Origin: Coniocarpon cinnabarinum
Lineage: Eukaryota
DNA length: 64,000 nt
Direction of reading: 5' to 3'
NCBI GenBank assembly: GCA_051942205.1
Contig: JAVECO010000027.1
Location: 62,001-126,000 of the forward strand
Below the pieces are notes generated by a model. The model did no database searches. It worked only from the letters and a program-made list of their open reading frames with translations, and was not told where the DNA came from. The position numbers and the translations under genes are program-made. Below, piece by piece: positions 11,101-22,792 of the stretch; within the stretch, counting starts at the first letter, position 1, and each line of letters begins with the position of its first letter.

Positions 11101-11636
11101 AGACTGTCAGCTAATTGTTTTTAATGTCTGTCACAGCTTGCAGAAGGTGTATCGCCACTGCAGCAAAAATTGCCTGCTAATAGAATCCTGCATTCTCCTC
11201 GTTGCCTGGCAGTCGCTGAAATTCACCTATAATCTTTCCATTTACGTGATAACAGTGGCTTTGGACGAGACCATTTGCGGTATCATTCTGCAGCTTCAGA
11301 TAATGTGCAGGAGGGCTTTCGCCATCATAACGATGGCGTTGCGAGTTGAATCCTCCTCATTGTAGAGGCTGTCAGCCAATTTTCTCCACTGTTTTTTACA
11401 GCTTGCATGGGTTATGTCGCCACAACGGCAAAATATACCTACTAATAGGACCCTGCATTCTCCTCGTTGCCTACCAGTCGCCGAAAGCTAATCCATGAAT
11501 ACCTTGTTTGTGTAACAGCGGTGGCTTTGGATGAGAGCATTTGTGGTAGCGTTTTTCAGCTTCAAATGATGTGCAGGAGGGCTTTCACGACCACACTGAT
11601 GGCTTTGCGATTCTAATTGACTTTATTGTAGAGGCT
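11101..11636. repeat. Tandem duplication, two diverged units of about 265 bp
   Basis: CCTGCATTCTCCTCGTTGCCT at 11187 and 11452. GTGGCTTTGGA, ATGTGCAGGAGGGCTTTC and ATTGTAGAGGCT each also recur about 265 bp apart. Confidence 0.92.
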
Positions 11637-11700
11637 CTCCGGTATGCTATACATGGCCGCTTCCAAAAACCTCCACGCTCCCGAAAGTTCTCAAAAATTC

Positions 11701-12135
11701 TCAAAAGAATATCCGTGGCCGTGCTGATCCAGTAAGTCTAACCGAGCTCCCAAACCCAGGATCCCGCAGATCCCGCAAGAGCTTCTCGAACTTGGCAAAG
11801 CGGCCGTCCGTGCCCAAAAACCCAAAATAGTTTCGTTGGCAATCTGCACATCTGACGACCCACTTGCGCTGACGGTTGCTGTATTCTGGGAGACACGTGC
11901 TCGGGAAGCCCTTGCGTCTGCAGATGGGCAGGACGATGTACATCATGTAGTCGACGACGATTTTGGTGGGTTCATCTTCGGGCCTTGGATTGATTGACAT
12001 GATCGCTTCATAGACGTTGCGTGTTTCCTGGATGGTCTCGACATTTCTGAGCGAGTCGAGGGAATCGTGGAGATTGGATAGGAGGATGTCGTTGATGAGT
12101 GTGTATGGGAGACGAGGTCGAGGTAAGCGGAACAT
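11701..12135 (-). CDS. Orphan 144-aa protein with partial F-box-like start (PRLPYTLINDIL) and Cys-containing C-terminal half
   Basis: ATG at 12135 in CACCATG context; single stop-free frame with many C/G-ending codons; CADC motif. Confidence 0.55.
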   Translation of the reverse strand: MFRLPRPRLPYTLINDILLSNLHDSLDSLRNVETIQETRNVYEAIMSINPRPEDEPTKIVVDYMMYIVLPICRRKGFPSTCLPEYSNRQRKWVVRCADCQRNYFGFLGTDGRFAKFEKLLRDLRDPGFGSSVRLTGSARPRIFF

Positions 12136-12775
12136 GGTGAGGTTTTTTACTATCCGAGTGGAGTTGTGAAAATGTGAGGATTGTGGGATGCACACGAATA
12201 TTCATTCAGACTGAGGAGACCGTTATGTATATGATGCAGAAATCTTTCACCGCCTTTGCTCGTTGATTAGGTGCAGGTAACATGTCCAATCGTGTTATGA
12301 CATCGGAAATAAAGTTTAATTACCGGGTAAGATAGGTGCACGAAACATGTGACTGTAGCTTACAAGAGTAGGCTTAAGCTGTTGTTTCAAGCTAGAGTCG
12401 TTGGATGATGCTAATCGGGCACCTGCAATAATGCATTCTTCGAAAGATCACAAATGAAAACTCTAGTTTTGGTTGATCCAAGGTATCAGCTGGTGAGTCG
12501 GCTCGCTGTTCATTGCCGGTGGTGAAAACAAATTTAGTCTCAGTCAAAGTCTGAGGTCGCTCCAGACCGCCGTCATCTGCTCCTCAACAGTGATCAAAGA
12601 CGATGTTTAGTTGCAGCTCGTCCAACAATCTTCACAGGGAGTCCGATGGGGACGTGATTATGATATCACGTTGCATGATCTGGCATTCAATTTTTTCAAG
12701 TAATTTGATGAAGATGGCGCTAGCAATACTAAAGCCGCTGCGATGCTGCGCCAAATTCGGAAGACGGCTGGACCG

Positions 12776-13470
12776 TCAAGATTGTGGATAAGCCTTTGCC
12801 TCTTCCAACCAACCAAGCCTGCGAGCCATTTCTCTGAGCCCATCCTCAATGAAAACTAACCATGTCTTGAGCATCACGATCTCGTTCAATCGCCTTGAGT
12901 AATCTCTGGCTGTGAGCAAGGATCTAGGAGATTCTTAGTGTCAGTCTGGTGTCAATTTGTGGATACACAATGTGAGACGAGTGGAACATAGCCCGAAGCA
13001 AGGTGTAACGACGGGAGCCTGGGAAAAGACTACACTGCACAACGCAACGCATTGCAGCGTGGGGCGCAAAGGTAAGTTTGCCTCATGTCCGTCGCCCGAA
13101 GATTCGACATCGCATGATGCTCGCGGCCCCTTCTATGGACTTGTGCTTGGCGATGCTTGAACAAGTTCGGTAATGGTCTTTGTCCGGGGTGTTTGCAACC
13201 AGACTATGGAGCGCGTCGAAAAACTTACCTGCAATCATCTACTATCGCCATGCAAACCTGATACCGCTGTCTAATGAAGTGTAAGAGCGCTATGATTGTT
13301 TTGAGAACGTGCGTGTAAAGACGAGGATACGCCATCCCAATAGCTTGTACGGTGTTGACATGCTCAAAGTCGAAGTAGGATCGGTGAATGGCTGTGGTTG
13401 GGTAATCGAAGTCGTCGATGATCCGGTAGTCGATGATCCGGTAGATGACCGAGAGTGGAAGACGTGGCAT
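12776..13470 (-). CDS. Orphan 129-aa two-exon protein with partial F-box-like start (MPRLPLSVIYRII)
   Basis: Exon 13470-13229 ends at AG|GTAAGT. A 305-nt intron ends CTGAC...CCTAG. Exon 12923-12776 continues in phase (RSLLTARDYSRRLNEIVMLKTWLVFIEDGLREMARRLGW...). An internal 15-nt duplication encodes YRIID twice. Confidence 0.55.
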
Positions 13471-13971
13471 GATGTGCGTTGCAAAGCGATCTTTCTGATA
13501 CGCGCTTGTGTATTGTTCTGCAAGCAGGCGCGGAGTTTCAATAGTTTTGGCAAAAGTGCTGCAGTCACTCTTTCACTTATGTTGGCTGGCACGTTATTTC
13601 ATTCAAAGTAGGCTGTGGAAAAAGAGTCAAGAAAGGATTCAAGGCGAAAGGTGCAGAGGCTAGGCAAGCTTTTCACGTTTCAGAAGTCATGGATTTTTTG
13701 GTGTTCCCGAATGGGAGCAGGTGAGTGGCTCAGCATTCGTTCAGCCATTCATCACACATCATATTCTGTCTCTTCGCGAAAAGTGATGCCCGGGAAGGCC
13801 AGACCGATATTTGTGGGACAGAAGCACCACGCGGTAGTATTTTCTAGGTTTGCCATCTTTCATCCACCGCGGATTCTACTCTAGAGCTGGGGCAAAGTTC
13901 GTGGTCAAGGGTCGTTGCCTGATTTTGTCGGCGCCAATCTTAGCAAGGAGTCTCTATAACAAGGTAAAAAT

Positions 13972-14050
13972 AGGCCACAAAGCCGTCACATAGCAAAAGC
14001 TCTACCCGCCTAACAAAGCGCTGAATTGTGTTGCGGTAAGCGCTTTCATC
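13972..14050. repeat. Dispersed partial monomer of the 133-bp repeat
   Basis: ACAAAGCGCTGAATTGTGTTGCGGTAAGCGCT at 14013 matches the array core ACAAAGCGCCGAATT...GGYAAGCGCT in the same orientation. Confidence 0.65.
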
Positions 14051-14123
14051 CTACATCCTTGCGGTTCTTCGCACTCTGCGCAAGCCTGATGGCCGCAGCA
14101 TTTTGAAAAGTAGTATACGGACC

Positions 14124-15075
14124 TCACAGCCAGTTAGCCACACCCAAGCCTTGCAAGCTTATTGAGCTGACACTAGGCAGCGTCCAGTATTCTCCAGAAA
14201 CACCCTTTAGGTCTGATGTTGCAAGAGCTGCCGGCACCATGGCACCTTGTTCAGGGGTCTTTGGAGCGGGTCCCATCATGCCCTGAATGTTTCTGTCAGC
14301 ATGGAGCGTAGGAAAAACGTTGGGGTTGAGTCATTTCGCTGCTTACACCCATGTCGGTGTTTACCCAGCCAGGGCAACAACTTTCTATGAGTATGCCTTT
14401 CCCAATCTGAGGGTCGGCGGCTGTGACGCGTGTTAGAACGTTCACAAGCGCCTTCGTGACTTTATAGGAGTTATGCTTCGGCCACCCGTCGGCTTCCTCG
14501 TTATCGCGATCCGTCTCAATGGCTTTGACGTAAGCGTCGCGCAAACTTTCGTAATCTTGAATGGTCTTCGCATTCGCAAAGGCTTCCTTGAGCTGTGGAC
14601 TGTATGAGCCGAATGGCCCTGGTTTCATGCTGCAAGCGTTGCTGGAAAGGTTAACAATCCGACTCTGACCTCCAAGCTCATTGAGACCTGGGCGTCGCAT
14701 GAGCGGACCAAATGCGCGTGTCATCTCCATCATGCCATCTGAATTGACTGCGACAGCGAATTTGCCCTTTTCAATACTATGACTACCAGTGTAATTGACA
14801 CCAGCGTTATTGACCACCACATCGACACCACTGCTGTGCGTTGATTGTAGCTTACTAGAGAGCTCTTTGATCGATTTGCTACTGCTGACGTCCAGCGGCG
14901 TTGGGTGGATGGTAACCCCCTGGGCTGCTTGGATGGCGGGTATGCCTGACGGGTTCCGTGCACATGCATAGATTGCCAGTGGCACAGCAGGTGGTTTTGT
15001 TGCAAAGTGTTGAACAAGCGCAAGGCCGATACCTCTGTTGGCACCGGTGATGACGATCGACATAGTCTCTGCCAT
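14124..15075 (-). CDS. Short-chain dehydrogenase/reductase, carbonyl reductase-like
   Basis: TGANRGIG, NNAG, YKVTK (YxxxK) and CCPGWVNTDMG motifs. Exons 15075-14347 and 14282-14124 (KTPEQGA...GVSGEYW). Confidence 0.92.
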
Positions 15076-15437
15076 GGGGTCGAACAGGTGGATAACGCGA
15101 TTGAATGCGTTGCTTAATGCGTTGGTGCTGTGTAAAGGCGCTACTGTTTCATATGTTGGATGATTTCAAGAGGTCAGCGCCTTCATTGAAATACAGAAGC
15201 TTTCAAGAGTCATGACGTAAGAGATCGGGAGATAGCAGCTGGCCGTTGCTCGCGTCTTGAAATTTCAGTATCGTTTGGTGTTTTGCCTTGCCGCTGGAGT
15301 ATGACTGACTCTTCCATGCCTTTCGCCACATCCACCTTCACACACCAGTGCCCAGTTCATACCAAAGCGCACACGTGCCTTTAGAAAGCGTTTCCGATGA
15401 TGAATTTGAAATGACGAATCGTCTTTCTAGACAGTGT

Positions 15438-17454
15438 TTAGATAGGTGCAGTCTCGCGCTGAAGCCACTTCAGAGTCACTTCGTCTCCTTTGAAATACGG
15501 CGCAGTCTTCTCTGCGACCTCGGTGTGGTACTGATTGAGCCAAGTCTTTTCAGCTTGAGAAAGTAGCGATGGATCAATGAGTTTCCGACACATGGGCACC
15601 ATTGTAACATGAGAGAATCCTAGGAAAGGTTTATCGCCAAAGCGATGACGCGTTTCAGCCTCTTTGACGACGACAACGTTCTCAATACGGATACCAAATT
15701 GGCCGTCTTCGTAATAGCCGGGTTCGTCTGAAATGACATTCCCAACAGATAGAGGTACTTCAGAATACTGCACACGGGTGCCAATGCCAATTGGTCCTTC
15801 ATGCACGTTCAGATACGAGCCCACGCCATGTCCTGTGCCATGACGGTAGTCGAGCCCTTCTTGCCAGAGGTGCTGCCTTGCCAAAGTGTCCAGTGCAAAG
15901 CCGGTGGTACCCTTCGGAAACTTGGCCATGTCAAGAGCAATGTTGCCCTTCAGAACAAGCGTGTAGCTTGATCGCTCCATCTCTGTTGGCTGACCGAAAT
16001 GCAAAGTGCGAGTTGTGTCTGTAGTGCCATCGAGATACTGTGCTCCCGAATCGCACAGATAGACTTTTGAAGGATCAATCGTAGAGCAGTTACCCCTTTC
16101 AGGCCCGTAGTGAATCACAGCAGCATTTGCGCCGGTCGATGATATTGTTGGAAAAGACAAGCCGACAAACAAATCCTTTTGAGCTCGAAAATGCTCTAGC
16201 TTGTCTGCTGCGTCAACCTCGTCCAGCTGTGCTTTTTCGTTCACTAGTTGGTTCTCCAACCAGGCAAAAAATTGGATCAAAGCAGCGCCGTCACGGACGT
16301 GACAGTTGGCCATGCCCTTGAGTTCAACCTCATTCTTGATAGCTTTTGCGTCGCCTATCGGACTTCGAATCTCCTCTACATTCTTCTCGCCACCCAAAGC
16401 TTGATACAAGGCCCACGATGCTTTGGTTGACAGCATCCATTTCAATGTCTTGCCCTCACCATCTCGTTGTGCCGAGCTGCCCATTGCTCTGGCGTCTTCG
16501 AGTACAGCTTCATACGGCTTGATAGTGACCGCACCGCTTAGTTGCGAGAGTACGCTATCATCCAGCTTGCTCTTGTCAACATACAGAACCGCGTTATCGG
16601 GGGTGACAGATGCGTAGGCAAAGAAGACAGGATTGTACGGAATGTCACTTCCACGCAAATTGTACAACCATGCAATCTCGTCGAGCATAGAGATGATGAA
16701 GCCAGCGCATTTCTTCTTGTCAAGTTCTTTGCGGACTTGTATGAGCTTGTCCTGAATAGATTTGCCTGCATATTGCATCGGCAAGACTGCAACTTTCTCA
16801 TTTGGTCTTGCAGGTCGGTCCGCGCTCCAGACTACATCAACTAGATTGTCTTTCACTGCTACCAGGTCTTTCCCACCCTTCTTCTTGATTTTCTCCGCAA
16901 GCTTTCGAGCGTCCGCTGCAGTAATGATTGTAGGATCAACACCAACCAACTTGTTGCCGTCAGATTGCTCCGCGGTCCATTCTTGCCATGTTGGTACGTC
17001 TTGCAGACCCTGCTTAAGCAATGTCCAGTTCTGATCCAATTGTTTGCTGGCTTGGTTAAAATAGCGGCCATCTGTCGCGAGAGCAGCTTTTTCGCGCGTT
17101 ATCACAGCTGTGCCTGCAGACCCAGAGAAGCCCGAAATAAATTCTCGTCTCGCATCACACGGAGCAATGTATTCAGATTGATGGCTATCTTCAGAGGGCA
17201 CAACTATGTAGACGATCAGTTCCAGATGTGGCTTTCCTAGACGTCACGACGGGCGTACTGTATACATCAAGCTCATGCTGCTTCATTGAAGAGCGCAAGT
17301 GAGACAAACGTTCTCCTGTATGTACGGTGTCCATGTCTGCAGCAGAAGAAGACGAGGGTCTGACGAATGATAGCCTAGGCTGGGAACAGCCTACAAATGG
17401 CCGTTTGCTGAGGACAGAGGTGGTGGCACCTATAAATCGCGAGGGGAGGTACAT
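15438..17454 (-). CDS. ampp: Xaa-Pro aminopeptidase P (M24B, XPNPEP1/Fra1-like)
   Basis: [44 protein letters not shown] and EPGYY...GIRIE motifs. Intron 17258-17204. In-frame ATGs at 17454 and 17334. Confidence 0.95.
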
Positions 17455-18412
17455 GGGAGAACAAGAGGCAATGTGATAGGCGCCAACAGTCCTTCGAACG
17501 ATAAGACTGCCAGCACGCCACGTGGAAACAACATCGAGAGGCCGCTTGAGTGCCAGCAATAACAGCTGTGAGGATCGAGGTTGGGTTGCATAAATGATGG
17601 CACATATAACGTATCATTCTCAAAGCATTCGATTATCTATATATATCTCTCTCCTAGAACTCCGCGATCATTTCGTCCGGCCGAAGTCGCACTTAGCACA
17701 CGCTAGATTACTTGTTTCTAGAGTTGAAATTGTGAACAAAGCTCGAGACTTCAAGAAAACAACGTATTATTTGCGCCGCAGCATTTGCGCCACATTTTCT
17801 GATACTACACCTCGGGCACGTTTAACCCTAACCCGTGATTCCATCACGTGCACCATCATATCGTCGGACGATACGAAGTCCTAAACTTGGAAAACCTTGC
17901 GCTGATAGTCTGCAGCATGAAAGTAAAGGCACAGGAACAATAAGTCCCAAGGGTCAGGTGCCTCGTAATACATAGCACCTTGAGGTGGCAAAGGCCTTTA
18001 CCGCCACCATGCCCAAATTGGAAGTGGCTGTCACCACAGTGAAGTGGAGGGCAACACGCTGTTGAAAAACGCTGCTGCCCAATCAGTAGCTTCTATTGCA
18101 CGCTAAGCTTGAAGTTTCTCCTAAATACATGAGTGCTGCTTGCTGCCTAGGTGGGTGTATGCAAATACTGGGTCACTTACCGCTGCCTTGATGCCTCCAA
18201 TACGCGTGCACCACCGCTGAAAAGAAAGTCGTCGCCGGATCTCAGCCTGGGCGACGAGCCTGTATGATAACGATTACTCAGGTCAGAAATCCACTGGGGC
18301 AACGGTGATAGCCCTTGAGGGTTTATGAGACGCTTGATTGTAGTCCAGCAAGTGCTATCTATCCTATGAGGCCCTAGCATCAAATCACCCATACCAACGC
18401 ATATTTGACAAG

Positions 18413-21400
18413 ATGTCTGCAAGCGCAACTCCCGAACTCAGCCTCAAATTCCGTAGTCTCGTCGATGAGCTTTACATGCCCAAGCAAACGCCAGCACAGA
18501 TCCAAGAGATAAATCAACGTCTGCAAGAATTTCAACGCAGTGATTTTGCGTTCTCTTTGGCAGACAATCTATTCGGCTCCGAGAATTTGAATCATAAGTA
18601 CTTTGCAGCACTGACAGTAGCGCAAAAGTCCAACACATATCTACGCGAAGCAGACAATCAGATCAATGCTTCAGTCATTCGCATGAGCCTGGCATGGTTT
18701 CTCGAAGCAGTAGACAAGGATCTTCCGTCATTTCTGTTGCAGCGGATATCCTCAACTATCGTGGCTGTCTTCATGTCCACGTCTTACCCGTGGCAGAACT
18801 GCCTTAAGGATGTATTTGTTCTGCTGGCATACCGAGATATTAATCTGACACTGACGCCGGAAAGCGTCGACTTGGTACACTGCATTAACACTGTCAGCGA
18901 TGAGCAGATGAGTGCCGTCTTCACCAATTTTATTACTTTGGCCGAAGAGTGCCGGCGAATGCCTCACACAGCACACAACGATGAGATCCACCGGCGCATA
19001 GCAAGCAATTTTGGTGCCGTTCTGATCCTGTTGAACGCAGTGTATGAACGACTGCAAAGCAGTGAGACTGCAAAAGGGCTTGTGCCATCATTCACTCAAA
19101 AGGTCTTTGTGTGCCATCTCCAGTGGATGGAGCTCTATGCGACAGCAATCCCGCACGGCAGTGCACCCGAATATTATACGAACCTCCTTCCTTTTGCCAT
19201 GAAAGTCCTTGAAATGTTGCCGAACGGTGCGCTCTCGTCATTCGTTAGTTCTGTTTTCAATGCGGCTTGCGATCTTATCGAGACAGCGTTCAAAGACGAG
19301 AGAATCCTCATCACCGAACCAGTCAGCGAGGCGTTTCTCATGTTGCTCAAGACTAGGAAAGCAACCATGTATCTGAACATGGACGATGGCCATGGCTACG
19401 GGGGTGAAGTCGTTTTCAACCGAATGGTTCTGGCGTATTGCAGGCGTTCTTATCGAGCTCTGTTCTTGCCCAATTCCCCTGGGACGCAGCTTCTTGTGAA
19501 TGGGCCTGAGCACCAGCATATACTGGCAGATCTAGGCAGAAAGCGAAACTATGTGAAAGAAGTGAGCGGAGATCAATCTTGTAGACGAAGGTTCACGACC
19601 TGCTGACAATAGTTCTAGCTCATTCAGCAACTCACCTATTGTCTCTTTCATCATGTCCTTGAACCAGACCTCTCGTTGGATGTCATTGAATTCTGGGACG
19701 ACTTCGTCCAAGACACGCGCGATTACTACTTACGAGACGAAGCACAGGCATTTGCCCTCGAAGTGATAGATGCATTCTGTTCCGCATCCACATTGCGCGT
19801 GGATACCGACTTGGATGATAGCAACTTCTACAACGAGACCGAGAACGAAGTCCGTGAGGATGTGCGATCGCGCTGCCGCGATCTACTGCAAGTCTTCTGT
19901 GAAGAATACGGCACCCCGGTGTTCGAGCGTCTTCTTAAGTCTGCGGAGGGCACTTGGTTCCGCATAGGCCATCTCCTCGACGATCGGCAAGCGATGATGG
20001 AACTCGAGACACCGCTGTACTTTCTCATTGAGCTCGCTGAGTCCCTGCGATTCTCATCCTCGGAGGAGTCACTCAGCGAAGAGGAAGACAGGGCGCTGGG
20101 GAGACTATTCACAAGCGCCTGGTTCGCTGCGATATTCGATGAGAAGGCATCAATGCCGGAAACGATACGTAAACAGGCTTTGCGCGCTATTGGCGAGTTC
20201 AAGTCCTACTTTGGACTTCATGAGACGCAATTGTGGTTCGCCCTGGACCTGCTCATCACCAGAATGCGCGACAACACTCTTGCAGCCCCTGCTGCTGTAT
20301 CTTTACGAAATATCTGTGATGAAAACCGCAGCGTCATTGCCGGCGCCGGTCGCGTTGAAGCAATGGTCAGTGTCTGCGCTCAGTACTTCGAGTTCCCCGG
20401 AGCTCAGCGAGAAGCCAAAGCTGCCATCATCGCCGCAGTCACAAGCGTAGCAGAGGCCATGGAAAAGCCAGAGGTGGGTCTACTTTCCGATCTTCCTCAA
20501 CGAGACACATGTGCATCCACTAACAGGTCACAGAACGCCAGCGAGGTCCTCAACAAACTCCTCCAAATCATAACCAAAGACCACGACCGGCGCATGACCA
20601 TCGCACAAGGCACCGGCGCTGAAGCATTTACCCTCATCCACGTCGTCAGCCGGGACACGCTGACCCTCCTGGTAGCCATGGGCCGCGCCTCTCAATCCAA
20701 AGAAGACCACATAACCCTCTCCTCCGCATCCTTCTCCCGTCTTCAATCTCTCCGCCGCGACTTCTGGACCTCTCCCGCCGCCGGCGACGTCCAAGTCGCC
20801 ATCGCCACCCTTCTGCGCTCCTGCCTCGAGGCCACCACATTCGCACCTGACACCGTGGCTTTGGCATGCGACATTCTCAAAAGCGGGTTTCGTGAAAGAC
20901 TGGCGGGCCCCTTCGTTTTCGAACCGCTTGTTACGATTGAGTTCGTGACGTCCATGCCTGTCCGTCTTGATCTGGCTCACACCCTCATTAAACTATTCGC
21001 TGAGTTTGTATCGTCGCAAACGCCACCGAGCGGATCTCCCGATAACGCTAGTCTGTCCACAGCACTTGGATTCATAATCGAAACTTTGACGCGGATTACC
21101 GATCAGAGAAGCGAACCCGAACTCAATGCCGTCATGCTCGACGCCGTCGATCGCACGCTTCGCTGTTCTCCCTCCGTCCTGACCACTCACAACGAAGAAG
21201 GCATACAGACCCTTCTCGAGTTCTCATTGACATGTCTCCGCGCGCCTGAGCCACTGCCAAAACGCGCAGCCACGACGCTCTGGCAATCAATTTTATCCAC
21301 CACCGGCCATCCCAAACTCAAAGAAATCATCCGATATTTCGGACAAGCACTCGTAAATGCACTGGTTCTCAATTTCTGCGGTGCAGCACAACGAAGTGAG

Positions 21401-21643
21401 TTGAATCGCCTAGCTGACTTGCTCAGGGGGTTGGTGAAGGGTTACAAAGAAGCAAAGGGATGGTTGGAGAAGGCGATGTTGGGAGAGGGCGGGGATGCAG
21501 AGGGGGTCAAAGCGGTGCCTGAGGCGGAGCGGAAGCGGTTTGTGAGCTCTGTCGTGATGGTCAGGGGGGATATGTCGGGCACACGGAAGACGGTTGGTGA
21601 GTTTTGGGGGGTTTGTAAGGGCGTGCCGGTGGGTGGGGGATGA
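18413..21643 (+). CDS. Importin-beta family karyopherin, importin-13/KapN-like (ARM/HEAT repeats)
   Basis: N-terminal 'LY.P...QIQEINQRLQEFQRS..AF..A..L' and 'YFAALT' karyopherin pattern; helical repeat body; C-terminal GAAQRSEL and RG...TR..V.EFW..CKG. Introns 19562-19618 and probably 20474-20533. Confidence 0.8.
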
Positions 21644-22290
21644 GTTGAGCTGGACAAGATGTCAGCGATGGGCCGGCCATGCGGACGCCAGTGACGATGC
21701 GAAGAGTACGCTGCTGATGGTAGTGCCTATGTTGGCGAAGGGATTACTGGATTTGATGGCGATGTATCAGGTGGACGTTATTACTTTGTTTGAGGAATAC
21801 CCAGTTTGCAATGCGCTCTTCTAAATACCGCCTCGCCGTAAGCCCTCACCGCCATTTGAGCTACCGTGCGCAAGATCACCGGCCATTGCATGATCAAGCC
21901 TTAGGTTGCTTCTTATCGGCTCCTGGACGCGCTGTCGAGCTCGCAATGCAAGTACATCTCGAACAGTGAACGGGTAAAAATTAGACGCAGCTGTATTGGC
22001 CACTACGAAACGATAGCTGACCTGACGATTCCAAGACGAAATCATCAGAACGAAAACCATCGATATGATACACAAAATGAACTGAAGAGAAGCCGATCCA
22101 CCATCTTGACCAGTGATCGCTATTGAAACGACCGGTGAATCGTTCTCCACAGACTCAAAGTCTGCCGAGCCACACCTCCTCTCCACTTCCCAACCTTCCC
22201 CATCCGTCATCCATCATCGCAACCATCCACCAGCAACATCATGTCCTCTCCTCCACATCATTTCCACCATCTGCTCTCGACCATGCGTCT

Positions 22291-22792
22291 TTACTGTTGC
22301 ACGGGCAGCGTCACGTTAACGTATTTGGTGTGTTCCACGCGCGGGCAGTAATATCCTTCACAGCCCTCTTTAGCCTTCTCGCACTTGAGTATGGAATGGC
22401 AGCGGTCGAGGTAGTCGCGGGCGCCGCCTCGGCAGAGGGCGTCGTAGCAGGTTTGGATGGAGGGCCATGGAACCGGGCTGTTCAGCGAGTCAGCAACCAG
22501 TGGCGATTCCTTCGATCTCACGCGCATTCTCTCGAGTCTTCGTTTGATTGTCTGGAGTTTCGCAGGAAGCCAGCGCAGAAAGCGCTGTGTAGGAAGTGAA
22601 TGGGGAAGTTGATCAGGGCAAGGTGGACGAGTGGAGGTCATGTAGATGGTGCGAGAGGCGGTGAGAAACATACCCATCGTCTTCATACGACTTCAACTGC
22701 CGCTTCTCCAAAAAGCTCCCAATATGATCCATCGGACTAGCAGCCACAAGGGCGACAAAGCCCAGCGTAACAGCCTTGGTGAAGTTGACCAT
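22291..22792 (-). CDS. Small secreted cysteine-rich protein (effector-like), 122 aa with 8 Cys or 101 aa with 6 Cys
   Basis: Signal peptide MVNFTKAVTLGFVALVAA-SP and a propeptide ending LEKR (Kex2-type). Exons 22792-22674, 22584-22522, 22477-22291; all junctions are phase 2 with GT-AG ends. Confidence 0.8.

Noticed and set aside
10623..11101. Minus-strand ORFs of 115, 146 and 70 aa
   Set aside because: Low-complexity antisense shadows of the last exon of the micro-exon gene, which has splice support on +.
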